DNA of 38,707 nt, from positions 1-38,707 of the IMG/VR virus record IMGVR_UViG_2529292997_000008. One strand, given 5' to 3'. This stretch comes from a virus. Taxonomy: Duplodnaviria > Heunggongvirae > Uroviricota > Caudoviricetes. The notes under the pieces are model-generated. The model was not told the DNA's origin and did no database searches. It saw only the letters and a program-made list of their open reading frames with translations. Positions 24,658-34,997 of this stretch are shown in pieces. A program made the position numbers and the translations under genes. Numbering within the stretch: position 1 is the stretch's first letter; each line of letters starts with the position of its first letter.

Positions 24658-25173
24658 ATGGCCCGCACTAAAAAGGCAAAAGCTGACGACAAAAAGCCAG
24701 CCGCAAAAAGGGTGGGCCGTCCGCATGGTTATACCGAAGAAAAGGCGTTAGAAATCTGTGAACTGGTGGCGGACGGTCAGAGCGTTAACAAAATTTCGAA
24801 GATGCCTGGTATGCCTACCCGTTCAACAATCCTGAAATGGTTTAGAGACGTGCCGGAATTCTCGGACATGTACATGCGCGCGAAGGAAATCGGCTTCGAG
24901 GTATTAGCTGATGAGATCCTCGATATAGCTGATGATGCTAAGAACGTTGATAAAGACCAACTACGCCGCCACCAATTAATGATTGAAACGCGTAAATGGT
25001 TATTGGCTAAGCTACAACCGCGCAAATACGGCGAACGCGTCACACAGGAGATCGTCGGTAACAAGGAAGAAGCACCCGTCCAGGTAGAAGTAAATCAGAC
25101 TACTGTCCTTGAGATAATCGATAACCTGAATAAGGAGTACAATACTCATGGAGACTGCGACGACAAAGATTGA
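24658..25173 (+). CDS. terS: terminase small subunit (Sf6/P22-like HTH type)
   Basis: 171 aa; pattern GRP..Y....IC..V..G.S..KI.KMPGMP..ST...W.......Y..A.E......EI..IAD.A......TRKW.LA...PRKYG matches Sf6-type small terminase as recalled; GAGGTGA RBS. Confidence 0.8.
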   Translation: MARTKKAKADDKKPAAKRVGRPHGYTEEKALEICELVADGQSVNKISKMPGMPTRSTILKWFRDVPEFSDMYMRAKEIGFEVLADEILDIADDAKNVDKDQLRRHQLMIETRKWLLAKLQPRKYGERVTQEIVGNKEEAPVQVEVNQTTVLEIIDNLNKEYNTHGDCDDKD

Positions 25174-26662
25174 CAGAGAGGTTCTAAGGGGGTTGTGTGT
25201 TAAAGGTTGTGCTCCCAAAGACATATCAGCACCTTTGTTTTTTAGTTCCTACTTTTATAAGCAACAGGTTGGCAAGGACTTTTTGGTTGGGCGTCATCAC
25301 AGAATAATTGCCGATACGCTACAACGAGTTATTAATGGTGAAATCACCAGGTTGATAATCAACATCCCACCGGGCTATGGCAAAACAATGATTGCCACAA
25401 TTCACATGATGGCCCGCTGCCTCGCAATAGAACCCCGCACCAGATTCCTGCATGTATCGTATTCACACGGACTCGCCTTGCTTAATTCCTCAGAGACAAG
25501 AAACATAATCACGATGCCGCAATATCAGGAATTGTGGCCTATGCAAATGCGCAACGATTCGAACGCGAAAAACCTGTGGTGGACCACTCAGGGTGGCGGC
25601 GTGTATGCGACGTCATCGCTTGGACAGGTGACAGGGTTCCGCGCCGGGTACATGGAACCTGGGTTTAACGGCGCAATGATTATTGATGACCCCCTGAAAC
25701 CAGCTGACGCTTATTCTGATGTGGTGCGAAAGCAGGTTAATACCAATTACAACGACACGCTTTCTTCGCGCCTGGCTGTGCAAACAACGCCAGTGATCGT
25801 CATCATGCAGCGTATCCACTACGATGATTTATCCGGCTACCTGTTACGTGGCGGTAGTGGTGAGAAATGGCATCACCTTTGCCTGCCAGTGAAGATCGAC
25901 AACAGTCTTGACTATTGGGATCTGTACCCGGAAAACAAATTCGCTATTCCTGTTCCTCACAACCTGCCGGATGGCTGGCTATGGTTGCATAAGCATAGTG
26001 ATAAAGATGAATCAACTCTTAAATCACATCGCCGAACATTCGAAGCTCAATATATGCAGTGTCCGCGCAAGTTCGATCAAGAGGGCGCATTGTGGACTGA
26101 AGCGATGATAACCGCCGCGCACATGATGCAGATAACGCGGGAGAAAATTCGCACGGTGATAGCCATCGACCCGGCGACAACATCATCTGATGAGTCAGAC
26201 GAAACAGGGATTGTAGCCTGTTCCGCTTATGGTGGTGGCAAGAATGCTCAGTATTCAGTAGACGGTGACTACTCAGGCCGCATGTCACCTAATGACTGGG
26301 CGCAAGCAGCAATGAACGCCTACAACATCCATGAAGCTGACGCGATGGTTATCGAAACCAACCAGGGTGGTGATATGGCAGAGGCCACACTACGCAATGC
26401 AGGATTTAAGGGCCGCATTGTTAAGGTGCACGCAAGCAAGGGTAAATTTGCCCGCGCCGAACCAATATCTGCATTGTATGCACAGGGTAGGGTAGCCCAC
26501 ACTGGCAGCCTGTACACGCTGGAAAATCAAATGATGGAATATGTGCCAGCTACCGCTAAAAAATCCCCTGACCGTATGGATGCGATGGTATGGGGGATCA
26601 CTGAATTAAGCCAACCACAGGCGATGGGGCTTATGTTACCTAAACGCCTGCGCGGATTTTAA
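25148..26662 (+). CDS. terL: terminase large subunit
   Basis: 504 aa; N-terminal ATPase with PPGYGKT Walker A-like loop, C-terminal nuclease-type region; AAGGAG RBS; overlaps terS. Confidence 0.85.
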   Translation: METATTKIDREVLRGLCVKGCAPKDISAPLFFSSYFYKQQVGKDFLVGRHHRIIADTLQRVINGEITRLIINIPPGYGKTMIATIHMMARCLAIEPRTRFLHVSYSHGLALLNSSETRNIITMPQYQELWPMQMRNDSNAKNLWWTTQGGGVYATSSLGQVTGFRAGYMEPGFNGAMIIDDPLKPADAYSDVVRKQVNTNYNDTLSSRLAVQTTPVIVIMQRIHYDDLSGYLLRGGSGEKWHHLCLPVKIDNSLDYWDLYPENKFAIPVPHNLPDGWLWLHKHSDKDESTLKSHRRTFEAQYMQCPRKFDQEGALWTEAMITAAHMMQITREKIRTVIAIDPATTSSDESDETGIVACSAYGGGKNAQYSVDGDYSGRMSPNDWAQAAMNAYNIHEADAMVIETNQGGDMAEATLRNAGFKGRIVKVHASKGKFARAEPISALYAQGRVAHTGSLYTLENQMMEYVPATAKKSPDRMDAMVWGITELSQPQAMGLMLPKRLRGF

Positions 26663-26680
26663 GTTATTGATTATTATCAA

Positions 26681-26699
26681 CTTCGAAAAATTTTCGAAG
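26681..26699. repeat. hairpin-forming inverted repeat CTTCGAAAA-a-TTTTCGAAG between terL and portal
   Basis: Perfect 9-bp arms with a single central base. Confidence 0.5.
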
Positions 26700-26810
26700 A
26701 TGAACAAGAATAATTCTCAATTGGCTACATAAAATCTGTCTCACAATCCCCCACAAGTTTTTCTATTTTTCGCGTAGCAACGCGTAAACATGTATTCAGG
26801 AGTAAACATT

Positions 26811-28196
26811 ATGCCATCCAATTTAGAATTGGCGGTTAATGCTGCCTTGTCACAACGCAAGGCGGCCTTTGCCCGCTATGCAGCCGCTAACCCATTCTCA
26901 ATGGGTATTGATGCAAAACGTGATGCTGCGTGGAGTGAATACGGATTCAAAGAAGAAATCACCTATGACGATTTATACAAACTGTATCGTCGCGGTGGTA
27001 TCGCTCACGGTGCTATTGAGAAGATCATCACTACGTGCTGGCGCACCAGGCCAACGCTGATCGAAGGTACGGAAGACGAGAAAGCAGAAAAGGAAACGCC
27101 GTGGGAAAGAGAAATCAAAAAACAATTTGATAATCGTTTCTGGCGCGTCATAGCTGAATGTGATCGCCGCCGCCTCATTGGTCGTTATGCTGGCCTGTTG
27201 ATTCATGTCAGAGATAACCAGCCGTGGGATCAGCCAGTAACAAAAGGCGTAGGCATTGCCAAATTTACTCCAGTATGGGCTGGTGCTCTGACGCCGAAGG
27301 ACTTCGAAGAAAACCCGGATAAAGAAAACTATGGCCTGCCTACATGGTGGGAATACAAGGAGCGCATCAATAGTAAGACCATAGCAAGAAAGATACATCC
27401 AGACCGGATATTCATCTTCGGTGACTATTCTGATGATGCTATCGCTTTCCTTGAGCCGTCCTATAACGCTTTTGTATCGCTGGAGAAAGTGGAAGGAGGT
27501 AGCGGTGAATCCTTTCTAAAAAACGCCGCACGTCAACTGGCTATCTCGTTCGATAAAGAGATTGATTTCCGTTCCCTGGCTGCAACATACGGTTGCGACG
27601 TTACAGAGCTACGCGAAAAATTCAATGAAGCGGCAGAGGATATAAACAAAGGGAATGATGTGATGATGGCATTACAGGGAGCCACCGTTAGCCCGCTGGT
27701 CACTGCCGTAGCAGATCCGTCCGCAACCTATGACGTCAACCTGCAAACCGCCGCCGCTGGTATCGACATTCCAACGCGTATCCTGGTTGGGAATCAGCAG
27801 GGCGAACGCGCATCAACTGAAGACCTCCGCTACTTCAATAATCGCTGTATGACCCGCCGTGAGGAAATAGGAGGCGAGCTTGAGGAACTATTCCGCAAGA
27901 TGGCAGATCTCCGCCTTATCAGTATGCCAGTCGATGTATCAGTGTTATGGGATGACCTTAACGCCATGACAAAAGCCGAACTACTGGAAGCGGCACACAA
28001 GATGGCGCAAATCAATCAGGCATGTCTCGCTACTGGTGAGGAAATATTTAGCGGCGATGAGATCCGCGAAGCTGCCGGATATGAAGGGCCAACGCAGGAA
28101 GTAGAAGTGGAAGACGAGGACGATAAAGATGAAGATGAAGATGAAAGTAAAGAGAATAATCAAAAAGATTCCGCCGTCCGCGATAATGCCATCTAA
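26811..28196 (+). CDS. portal protein (positional call)
   Basis: Track ORF trimmed to ATG after CAGGAGT; 461 aa directly after terL; acidic C-terminal tail. Confidence 0.6.
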   Translation: MPSNLELAVNAALSQRKAAFARYAAANPFSMGIDAKRDAAWSEYGFKEEITYDDLYKLYRRGGIAHGAIEKIITTCWRTRPTLIEGTEDEKAEKETPWEREIKKQFDNRFWRVIAECDRRRLIGRYAGLLIHVRDNQPWDQPVTKGVGIAKFTPVWAGALTPKDFEENPDKENYGLPTWWEYKERINSKTIARKIHPDRIFIFGDYSDDAIAFLEPSYNAFVSLEKVEGGSGESFLKNAARQLAISFDKEIDFRSLAATYGCDVTELREKFNEAAEDINKGNDVMMALQGATVSPLVTAVADPSATYDVNLQTAAAGIDIPTRILVGNQQGERASTEDLRYFNNRCMTRREEIGGELEELFRKMADLRLISMPVDVSVLWDDLNAMTKAELLEAAHKMAQINQACLATGEEIFSGDEIREAAGYEGPTQEVEVEDEDDKDEDEDESKENNQKDSAVRDNAI

Positions 28197-29082
28197 CACC
28201 GAAGACCCGACCATGACAGGTAAGTTGCGGTCTGGAGCTATTAAGCGTTTTAAATCCTGCCTGAAGAAAATAGCCGATCCATATATCGCCATACTGGACA
28301 AAATACAATATAGCCTGGCTGTTAATAAGAAATATACCTTCCAGATTTACATGGATGAATTGCACGACATGCTGGAGGACGCCAGCGACATGATTGATGA
28401 TATATTCGAGCTAACCGACCCGGAAAGTTTTTGGTTCTGGCAGGAATACGTGAAGGTCGCGTATCTGCGAGGCACGGCACAGGAATACGCCAACCTTGCT
28501 AACCAGTCTGTCACGTACTCAAGCGTTTATCCCGATGTATCTGCCGTACTATCAAGCACAACCTACCGCACGCGCCTTGCCCTGGTCCGTACCCGTGTAT
28601 TTGAGGAAATGCGCGGGCTGACAGCACAGATCAAAAAGGATATGGCCCGCCGACTAACTGAAGGCATGGCCCGTGGCTTAAACCCACTTGAAATAGCGCG
28701 CACATTGCAGCAGGAAACGCAATTGCCGCTATACAGGTGCAAACGTATTGCTCGAACTGAAATATGCACAGCGTTGCGCACAGCGCGTATGGATGAGGCA
28801 GAAGCAGCGTCAGAAGAGCTTAATTTGCGCACCATGCAAATGCATATTTCGGCATTATCACCGACTACCAGGTTATCACACGCACAGCGGCACGGGAAAA
28901 CATACACCATAGAAGAGCAGCGCGAATGGTGGAGCAGATCCCCTAATTCAATTAACTGCAAATGTAGCACGATTACCGTATTAGTTGACGAAGACGGTAA
29001 TATATTAAACAAACGAATATTAGATCGGGCGCAAGAAAACTATAAGGTTGCGCACGCTAAATATGGCGAAGATTGGGAGTAA
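28186..29082 (+). CDS. minor head / head morphogenesis protein (positional call)
   Basis: Track ORF trimmed to ATG at 28186; about 298 aa directly after portal. Confidence 0.5.
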   Translation: MPSNTEDPTMTGKLRSGAIKRFKSCLKKIADPYIAILDKIQYSLAVNKKYTFQIYMDELHDMLEDASDMIDDIFELTDPESFWFWQEYVKVAYLRGTAQEYANLANQSVTYSSVYPDVSAVLSSTTYRTRLALVRTRVFEEMRGLTAQIKKDMARRLTEGMARGLNPLEIARTLQQETQLPLYRCKRIARTEICTALRTARMDEAEAASEELNLRTMQMHISALSPTTRLSHAQRHGKTYTIEEQREWWSRSPNSINCKCSTITVLVDEDGNILNKRILDRAQENYKVAHAKYGEDWE

Positions 29083-29087
29083 AAATC

Positions 29088-30377
29088 GTGAGTAAAGAAC
29101 TGATTCAGGTTAATACCAAATTAACCGCTAATACCATCCGCCGGGAAACATATAACGGGCGTGAACACATTGTAGTCCCGTCGTATACGTTGCCCTTCAA
29201 TATCGTTATGAATCGTGAATATTACCCGGAAGCCGAAATCATTGCTAATTATCAATCTCTGGAAGGCACGCTCGCACCGCTGGGCCATCCTACGGTTGAC
29301 GGCGAATTTGTTTCCGCATTTAGCCCTGAAGGTCTGAATATTGGCTTTTGTGGCGCATGGAACAGGAATGTAGAATTACGCGGGAACCGTGTTTATGTGG
29401 AAAAGTGGGTGGATGTTGAAACCGCCAGCCATTCAGAACAAGGCCGCGAATTATTAAGCCGACTGGAAGCACTGGAAAAAGGCGAAAGCAAATATCCGAT
29501 CTGGTCATCTGTTGCCGTATATCGTCAGCGTATGCCAGCTACTGAAGAAATGAAAGCCCAGGGCGCTGACAGCGTTGTCAAAATCATGTCGATTGACCAT
29601 GACGCCATCTTACTGCATGAACCGCCAGCCGCATCGCCTGAACAGGGCGTTGGCCTGATGGTTAACACTGACCAGGCGAAACCGTTAATGGCGGTGGCAA
29701 TGAAAGAAAACAGTTACCGTACGCTTGAGAAACAATTAACCGACGCGGCGCGTGAATTATTTCCTGATGCCGATTACGTGTATGTTGTGGACTTCACTGA
29801 TAAAGAAGTGACGATTGCCACTAATACCGAAAGTGCTCAAGTTTGCGCATATGAAAAACAGGCTGATAAAATTATTCTCAATAATGGCGAGCTTGCAACC
29901 AATGAGGAAAGTAAATCATGGTTCGCTCAGTTCGCTGAACACCTGTCTAATCTTTTCTCCCTGAATGAAAAAATTAAGGCCAATAAATCGGAGGACGATC
30001 CCATGCCTTTGACCAAAGAAGAACGCGCCGAACTGGTAAAAGAAATTAACGAAGGCTTATCCGCCAATATCGCTAATGCAGTAGCAGAGGCATTAAAACC
30101 AGTACAGGCAAGCGTTGAAGAATTACAGACCAACCAAGAAGAATTACAGACCAACCAGAAAGCAATTAAAGAAGAAATTGCAGCAAACGCAAATAAAGAA
30201 GTAGCAGAAAAACGCGCCGCAGTAGCAAAAGTTCACGGAGAAATTGTTGCTAACGCATTAAGCGGTGAAGCATTAGAGGCAATGTTTAAATCCCTGGGTA
30301 AAGCAACTCCGCTAGCCGCCAACACAGCAAGTGAAGACAAAAAAGGTGAAGTCCCTGACTTTAACACTTATTTCTAA
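29088..30377 (+). CDS. putative scaffolding or head maturation protein
   Basis: GTG start after GGGAG (track start is TTG); C-terminal coiled-coil-like repeats EELQTNQEELQTNQ. Confidence 0.45.
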   Translation: MSKELIQVNTKLTANTIRRETYNGREHIVVPSYTLPFNIVMNREYYPEAEIIANYQSLEGTLAPLGHPTVDGEFVSAFSPEGLNIGFCGAWNRNVELRGNRVYVEKWVDVETASHSEQGRELLSRLEALEKGESKYPIWSSVAVYRQRMPATEEMKAQGADSVVKIMSIDHDAILLHEPPAASPEQGVGLMVNTDQAKPLMAVAMKENSYRTLEKQLTDAARELFPDADYVYVVDFTDKEVTIATNTESAQVCAYEKQADKIILNNGELATNEESKSWFAQFAEHLSNLFSLNEKIKANKSEDDPMPLTKEERAELVKEINEGLSANIANAVAEALKPVQASVEELQTNQEELQTNQKAIKEEIAANANKEVAEKRAAVAKVHGEIVANALSGEALEAMFKSLGKATPLAANTASEDKKGEVPDFNTYF

Positions 30378-30391
30378 CTGGAGGGAATACA

Positions 30392-30820
30392 ATGTCTCGT
30401 TTTCGTCGTGTAAATATTGATGGTAAATCCATTACCGAAACCTACACTGCTAAGGTCGCAGTAAAACCAGGTGAACTGGTAAAACTGGACGGAGGTAAGT
30501 TTGCAAAAGCAACCAGTGCTGATGTCGGTGCAGCTCAGTTGTACATCGTCAACCCGGCATTCCACGAAGGCAAAACCATTACTGATGCAATCGCTGCAAA
30601 TGAAACTGTTGTTGCTGATTATGTGGAACAGGGCCGAGAGTTTGCTCTCCTTGTTCCTGCAGCCGCTTATGTTAAGGGTGCAGCTATTGCTCTCGCAGCT
30701 GACGGGGTGAAACTGTTTGTTGCGCCAAGTGAACAGGCAGCGCCAGATCCGATCATCGCATACTGCCAGGAAGACGTAACCCTGGAAGCGGAAGATTTTA
30801 TCCGCGTTCGCGTGGCTTAA
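30392..30820 (+). CDS. small head protein (decoration/cement-like, positional)
   Basis: 142 aa, Ala/Val-rich, immediately upstream of capsid gene; GGAGGGAA RBS. Confidence 0.4.
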   Translation: MSRFRRVNIDGKSITETYTAKVAVKPGELVKLDGGKFAKATSADVGAAQLYIVNPAFHEGKTITDAIAANETVVADYVEQGREFALLVPAAAYVKGAAIALAADGVKLFVAPSEQAAPDPIIAYCQEDVTLEAEDFIRVRVA

Positions 30821-30837
30821 TTTAAAAGGGGAATAAC

Positions 30838-31902
30838 ATGTACTTTACTAAAGAAAACCTTGTCGCCAACTCCCGGATGCAGAGCCATTGGAAAGAACTG
30901 TGGGCGCAACGCAATATCTTCAACGAGCAGCACAACGCCATGATTGCAGCAAATCAGGCAAATATGACCGCTGAAATGTTGACCTGTAACGCCGTCGGCG
31001 GCTTCGCAAAAGAATTCTGGAAAGAAATCGATAACCAAATCATTGAACTGAACACCGAAGAGGTCGGTATCGAGATCGTAAACGACCTGATGGGTGTACA
31101 GACCGTATTACCAATCGGTAAAACGCTGAAAATGTACAACGTATCCGGCGACATTAACGATGAGGTCGTAATGTCTATGGATGGTCAAGCGCCACACAGC
31201 TTTGATCACACCGAATACGGCAGCGATGGCGACCCGATCCCGATGTTCGCAGCGGGTTACGGTGTTAACTGGCGTTTAGCTCAGGGCTTAAATACTGTAG
31301 GTATCGACCTTGCATTAGACAGCCAGCGCCTTAAACTGAAAAAATTCAACAAAGCACGCGTCCAGTTCTACCTGAATGGTAACGATCGCATCGTGGTTGA
31401 TGATCATAAAGCAATGGGTATTAAAAACCACAAAAACACCCAGCAACTTAAACTGAAAACTGTTGCTAAAATCGACCTTACCACTGCGGCTTTCGATAAG
31501 ATTATTGAATTCTTTACCACTGGTGAGTTCGGGAAACTGGCCCGCGCCAACTTCGTAGCTAAATACGATGTAATGTGGGTATCGCCAGAAATCATGGCTA
31601 ACCTGGCACGCCCACACATCGTTAATGGCGCAATTGTTGGTAGTGTGCTGGATGTTATCAAGCCGTTTGTCCCGGTTGGTGATATTCGCCAGACCTATGC
31701 GCTGACTGGCAACGAATTTATCGCTTATCAGCGTAGCCGCAGCGTCATCACCCCGCTGATTGGCATGACCACTGGCGTAGTTCCGTTACCGCGCATGATG
31801 CCGACTGATAACTACAACTTCCGCATCATGTCCGCTGAGGGTCTGCAAATCACCCGTGACATGGAAGGTCGTTCAGGAGTGGTCTACGGCAGCAATACCT
31901 GA
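30838..31902 (+). CDS. major capsid protein (positional call)
   Basis: 354 aa; strong RBS; followed by a strong terminator, typical of the highest-expressed head gene. Confidence 0.65.
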   Translation: MYFTKENLVANSRMQSHWKELWAQRNIFNEQHNAMIAANQANMTAEMLTCNAVGGFAKEFWKEIDNQIIELNTEEVGIEIVNDLMGVQTVLPIGKTLKMYNVSGDINDEVVMSMDGQAPHSFDHTEYGSDGDPIPMFAAGYGVNWRLAQGLNTVGIDLALDSQRLKLKKFNKARVQFYLNGNDRIVVDDHKAMGIKNHKNTQQLKLKTVAKIDLTTAAFDKIIEFFTTGEFGKLARANFVAKYDVMWVSPEIMANLARPHIVNGAIVGSVLDVIKPFVPVGDIRQTYALTGNEFIAYQRSRSVITPLIGMTTGVVPLPRMMPTDNYNFRIMSAEGLQITRDMEGRSGVVYGSNT

Positions 31903-31921
31903 TTGATATGTTTCTGTAGCT

Positions 31922-31950
31922 CCCCGGCGCAATGCCGGGGATTTTTTTTG
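31922..31950 (+). terminator. rho-independent terminator after capsid gene
   Basis: CCCCGGC-GCAAT-GCCGGGG hairpin plus T8; near-identical hairpin recurs at 38511. Confidence 0.7.
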
Positions 31951-31967
31951 TATGTGGAGAAAACAAA

Positions 31968-32354
31968 ATGGTTACCACACAACAGGCGCGGGAATATCTC
32001 GAAAGCCAGGGGATTGAAATACCAGACGTGGTTTTATCTTTGCTGGTGGAGCAGGCAAATAGCGTTAATGAATGCCTTGATGCCAATTATCCGTCCTCCA
32101 CTGCAACATTGATTCAGCTTTATCTCATTGGCCTGTTAGGACTCAGCCAGGCTGATAAATACGTTTCCTCGCAGACTGGTCCGAACGGTGCAAGCCAGTC
32201 TTACCGCTATGTCGATTTTAATAAGCGATGGAAGGCGGCCTATTCGTTGCTTTACTCACTGGACAAACACCATTGTACAGCCGAACTAATTCCACCAGAT
32301 CCAGAAAACACCGCGCACGCCGGGCTGTGGATTGGTAAGAGCAGGAGGATGTGA
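31968..32354 (+). CDS. head-tail connector/adaptor protein (positional)
   Basis: Track ORF trimmed to ATG at 31968. Confidence 0.45.
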   Translation: MVTTQQAREYLESQGIEIPDVVLSLLVEQANSVNECLDANYPSSTATLIQLYLIGLLGLSQADKYVSSQTGPNGASQSYRYVDFNKRWKAAYSLLYSLDKHHCTAELIPPDPENTAHAGLWIGKSRRM

Positions 32355-32542
32355 CAATGTGGAACGACCTGACATTACCAAATCCAGTATTGCCGAAACC
32401 ATTTACCCGCGTGTGGGTTAAAACGGATAGCGGACGCCAGGTGGCGGCCTACCTCAATGATGCTGGCTTATGGGTAATTCTTTGCCCGCGCGTGGCGAAA
32501 ACTCATCCAAAGGTCATTAGCTGGAGTTACGGCTATGAGTAA
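32351..32542 (+). CDS. hypothetical structural protein
   Basis: 63 aa; ATGA overlap. Confidence 0.45.
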   Translation: MTMWNDLTLPNPVLPKPFTRVWVKTDSGRQVAAYLNDAGLWVILCPRVAKTHPKVISWSYGYE

Positions 32543-32903
32543 GATTGCGCGATTCAGTTACAAGGCATTAGCCACCATCTACCCCGTAACGCATGACGAC
32601 TGGACAAACGCCGACGTATACGGCGCACCATACCTGATTAACTGCGCATGGGAGCGCACCGACGGCACTGCAACAGACACAAACGGTAATGAGGTTAGCA
32701 ATACAATAACCGTATTTACCGAACTGCTTCATAATATGCAGCCAGTGCAGCGCCCGAAAAACGGCTGGATGATTGCCACTGGCGACACCACTAATATTTC
32801 CGACCCGCTGGTGGCTGGGGCCAACGTTATTACCGGGATCGTTGAATGGGATATGAGCATGTTTAACGACACGCCGGATTATAAGATCGTGACAGGGGGT
32901 TAA
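32535..32903 (+). CDS. head-tail joining protein (positional)
   Basis: 122 aa; overlapping start/stop. Confidence 0.45.
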   Translation: MSKIARFSYKALATIYPVTHDDWTNADVYGAPYLINCAWERTDGTATDTNGNEVSNTITVFTELLHNMQPVQRPKNGWMIATGDTTNISDPLVAGANVITGIVEWDMSMFNDTPDYKIVTGG

Positions 32904-32905
32904 TC

Positions 32906-33370
32906 ATGCCTATCAAGGGGGTTAAACGCGTCCGTGAGAGATTAAAGCAGGAACTAAAGGAAATCACCGATAAAAAGACGCACGAAGTTTTATGGCGCGT
33001 CGGTATGCTGGCTGGTGGCTTCGCGGCAAACATGACACCAGTTGATACGGGTTTTTTAATTAACAGCCAATTTCAATATATAGGTAACACGGCGGACGGT
33101 ATGCAATTACGCCTGGGATATACGGCCCGCTACGCTGAATGGGTGCACAATATGCCGGGTACATTAAAAGGCCAGCCGCGCGAAGATTTCGGCAAAACGA
33201 ATAACCTTTCAGATTTCGGACCGAAACAGGTAATTAGTTTTGGTGGTGGTACTGGAAAGGGTAATTATTGGGATCCAAATGCGGAGCCTGGATTCTTGCG
33301 TAAGGCATTCGAAGATCCTAACCACGCCGATGATATTTATAAAGAAATTGTAGAAGGTTACAAAGTATGA
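32906..33370 (+). CDS. head-tail joining / tail completion protein (positional)
   Basis: 154 aa track ORF. Confidence 0.5.
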   Translation: MPIKGVKRVRERLKQELKEITDKKTHEVLWRVGMLAGGFAANMTPVDTGFLINSQFQYIGNTADGMQLRLGYTARYAEWVHNMPGTLKGQPREDFGKTNNLSDFGPKQVISFGGGTGKGNYWDPNAEPGFLRKAFEDPNHADDIYKEIVEGYKV

Positions 33371-33753
33371 AACGCAGCGAAGTTTACGACGAAATAAGGG
33401 ATTGGATTCAATCCCACGGATACGATGAAGGCTATATTTTGCAGGCCCGTTTCTGGAATGAGCGAAGTAATTCGAATAATGACAGATACATCGTGATCCA
33501 GCAAAACGGCGGCGCGGCTGGTGAGGAAGCAATAACCCGTGATTATTTCCGCATCCTGGTTATTTCAGCGCGTAATGATGCAAATATCAGTGAGGTGGAA
33601 GACCTTGCCGATGCCATCCGTCAAAGTATGTTAACAGAATATAAAACTGATAAAATTACACACATGAAGCCAGTTGGCGCTATTCCTGCAATACAGACAA
33701 GAGAAGGGCGCTTTATTTTTACCGTAGCCTTTCAAACCATCATATCAAGATAA
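33367..33753 (+). CDS. tail completion protein (positional)
   Basis: 128 aa; ATGA overlap. Confidence 0.5.
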   Translation: MKRSEVYDEIRDWIQSHGYDEGYILQARFWNERSNSNNDRYIVIQQNGGAAGEEAITRDYFRILVISARNDANISEVEDLADAIRQSMLTEYKTDKITHMKPVGAIPAIQTREGRFIFTVAFQTIISR

Positions 33754-33766
33754 GAGGTAAATTAAC

Positions 33767-34243
33767 ATGTCTCAGACTTGCGAAAAAGGCACGTTTACAG
33801 GCCGTGACGTTGCTGTATTCTTCGCTATCGCTTGTCCAAATGCGAAGCCGGAAGCTGAAGCGTACAAAGCGTTAGGCATGATGCGTGGTAAAACACTTTC
33901 CGTTGAATGGGAAACCGCTGACGCCACCGCCGATAAATCAGCCGATTACACGAAAGAATCAATGGTTACTTACAAATCCGTTTCTTTCTCCGGCGACGGT
34001 GTGTCCCGCACTGAAGAAATCCATAATCAGAAAGCGCTGAAACGCCACGTAATTACGCCAGGTGAAACCACCGGATCACAACCTTATGTATGGCTGAAGA
34101 TCGTTTCTCCTGTAGACGTAACTGAAGGCCCATTCCTTTGCACTTCCTTTAAAGAAGAAGATCCGCATGATGATGTTTCCACCTGGTCTATTGAGTGCGA
34201 AAGCGCTGGCAAGGTAACGGTAGGCGACGTTCCGCCAGCATAA
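33767..34243 (+). CDS. major tail (tube) protein candidate
   Basis: 158 aa; followed by terminator hairpin; upstream of chaperone-position gene and tape measure. Confidence 0.5.
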   Translation: MSQTCEKGTFTGRDVAVFFAIACPNAKPEAEAYKALGMMRGKTLSVEWETADATADKSADYTKESMVTYKSVSFSGDGVSRTEEIHNQKALKRHVITPGETTGSQPYVWLKIVSPVDVTEGPFLCTSFKEEDPHDDVSTWSIECESAGKVTVGDVPPA

Positions 34244-34261
34244 CAGCCAATATTAACAATC

Positions 34262-34286
34262 GGGGCCATTTGGCCCCTTTTCTTTT
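34262..34286 (+). terminator. rho-independent terminator after major tail gene
   Basis: GGGGCC-ATTT-GGCCCC hairpin followed by TTTTCTTTT. Confidence 0.65.
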
Positions 34287-34298
34287 AAGGTGAATACT

Positions 34299-34997
34299 AT
34301 GATCCATGTTCGTACAGGACAATTTGCTGCCGTGGTGAACGGTAAGCGCTATGAGTTTAATCCTTGCTTTGCTGCGATGGCTAAAATCGGCAACGATAGT
34401 GAGCTTGTCGAATATTTCGCACTTATCCACGGCGGCAAATATCCATCACGATTGCCAGCAGATCCAGACCTACGCAATCGCATTCTGGCGCGGTGTTATG
34501 GTGAAATAGTTCAGACATCAATGCACATCCTGAAATGTTGCTCAGACGACGAAATAGGCCCGTTATTGGGCGAATGCTGGTTTACTCCTTCGGGTAAGTT
34601 AAAGTTAAAGCCCGGATTAATGCCGATCGAGGATATCATCACGCTTGCGCAGCACTGCATGTACCACGGTCTTATTGGTGATGGCCCGGAAGAAGAGTCC
34701 GGGGAAATTCCGGAAGGGGAATATAAGCCGACTTTTAACGTCCTTGAATTCGTCTATTCTGCCGTTGCTCACCTGGGCTTGTCAGAATCGGAAGCATGGA
34801 ATATGACAATGACCGGATATAGGGCCGCTGTACGCGCTAAAACGCCGCCAGACGAAAGAAACGAGAAAAGCAAGCCAAACATTCACATAAATAAACGTGC
34901 TTATGACGAGCAAATGGAGGCCGCTAAAAAGGCACTAGAAAGAATGAAAAATCGTGAGCAAGAAAAGCCCGGTAGATCCGGGCGTTTTGCTAATTGA
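34299..34997 (+). CDS. tail assembly chaperone-position protein
   Basis: Trimmed to ATG after AAGGTGA (track start is GTG); last + gene before tape measure. Confidence 0.4.
   Translation: MIHVRTGQFAAVVNGKRYEFNPCFAAMAKIGNDSELVEYFALIHGGKYPSRLPADPDLRNRILARCYGEIVQTSMHILKCCSDDEIGPLLGECWFTPSGKLKLKPGLMPIEDIITLAQHCMYHGLIGDGPEEESGEIPEGEYKPTFNVLEFVYSAVAHLGLSESEAWNMTMTGYRAAVRAKTPPDERNEKSKPNIHINKRAYDEQMEAAKKALERMKNREQEKPGRSGRFAN

Noticed and set aside
34243-34997. Programmed -1 frameshift in the chaperone-position gene before the tape measure gene
   Set aside because: No slippery heptamer or overlapping extended frame identified by eye; the moron insertion directly downstream may have replaced or disrupted any such arrangement, so no claim is made.
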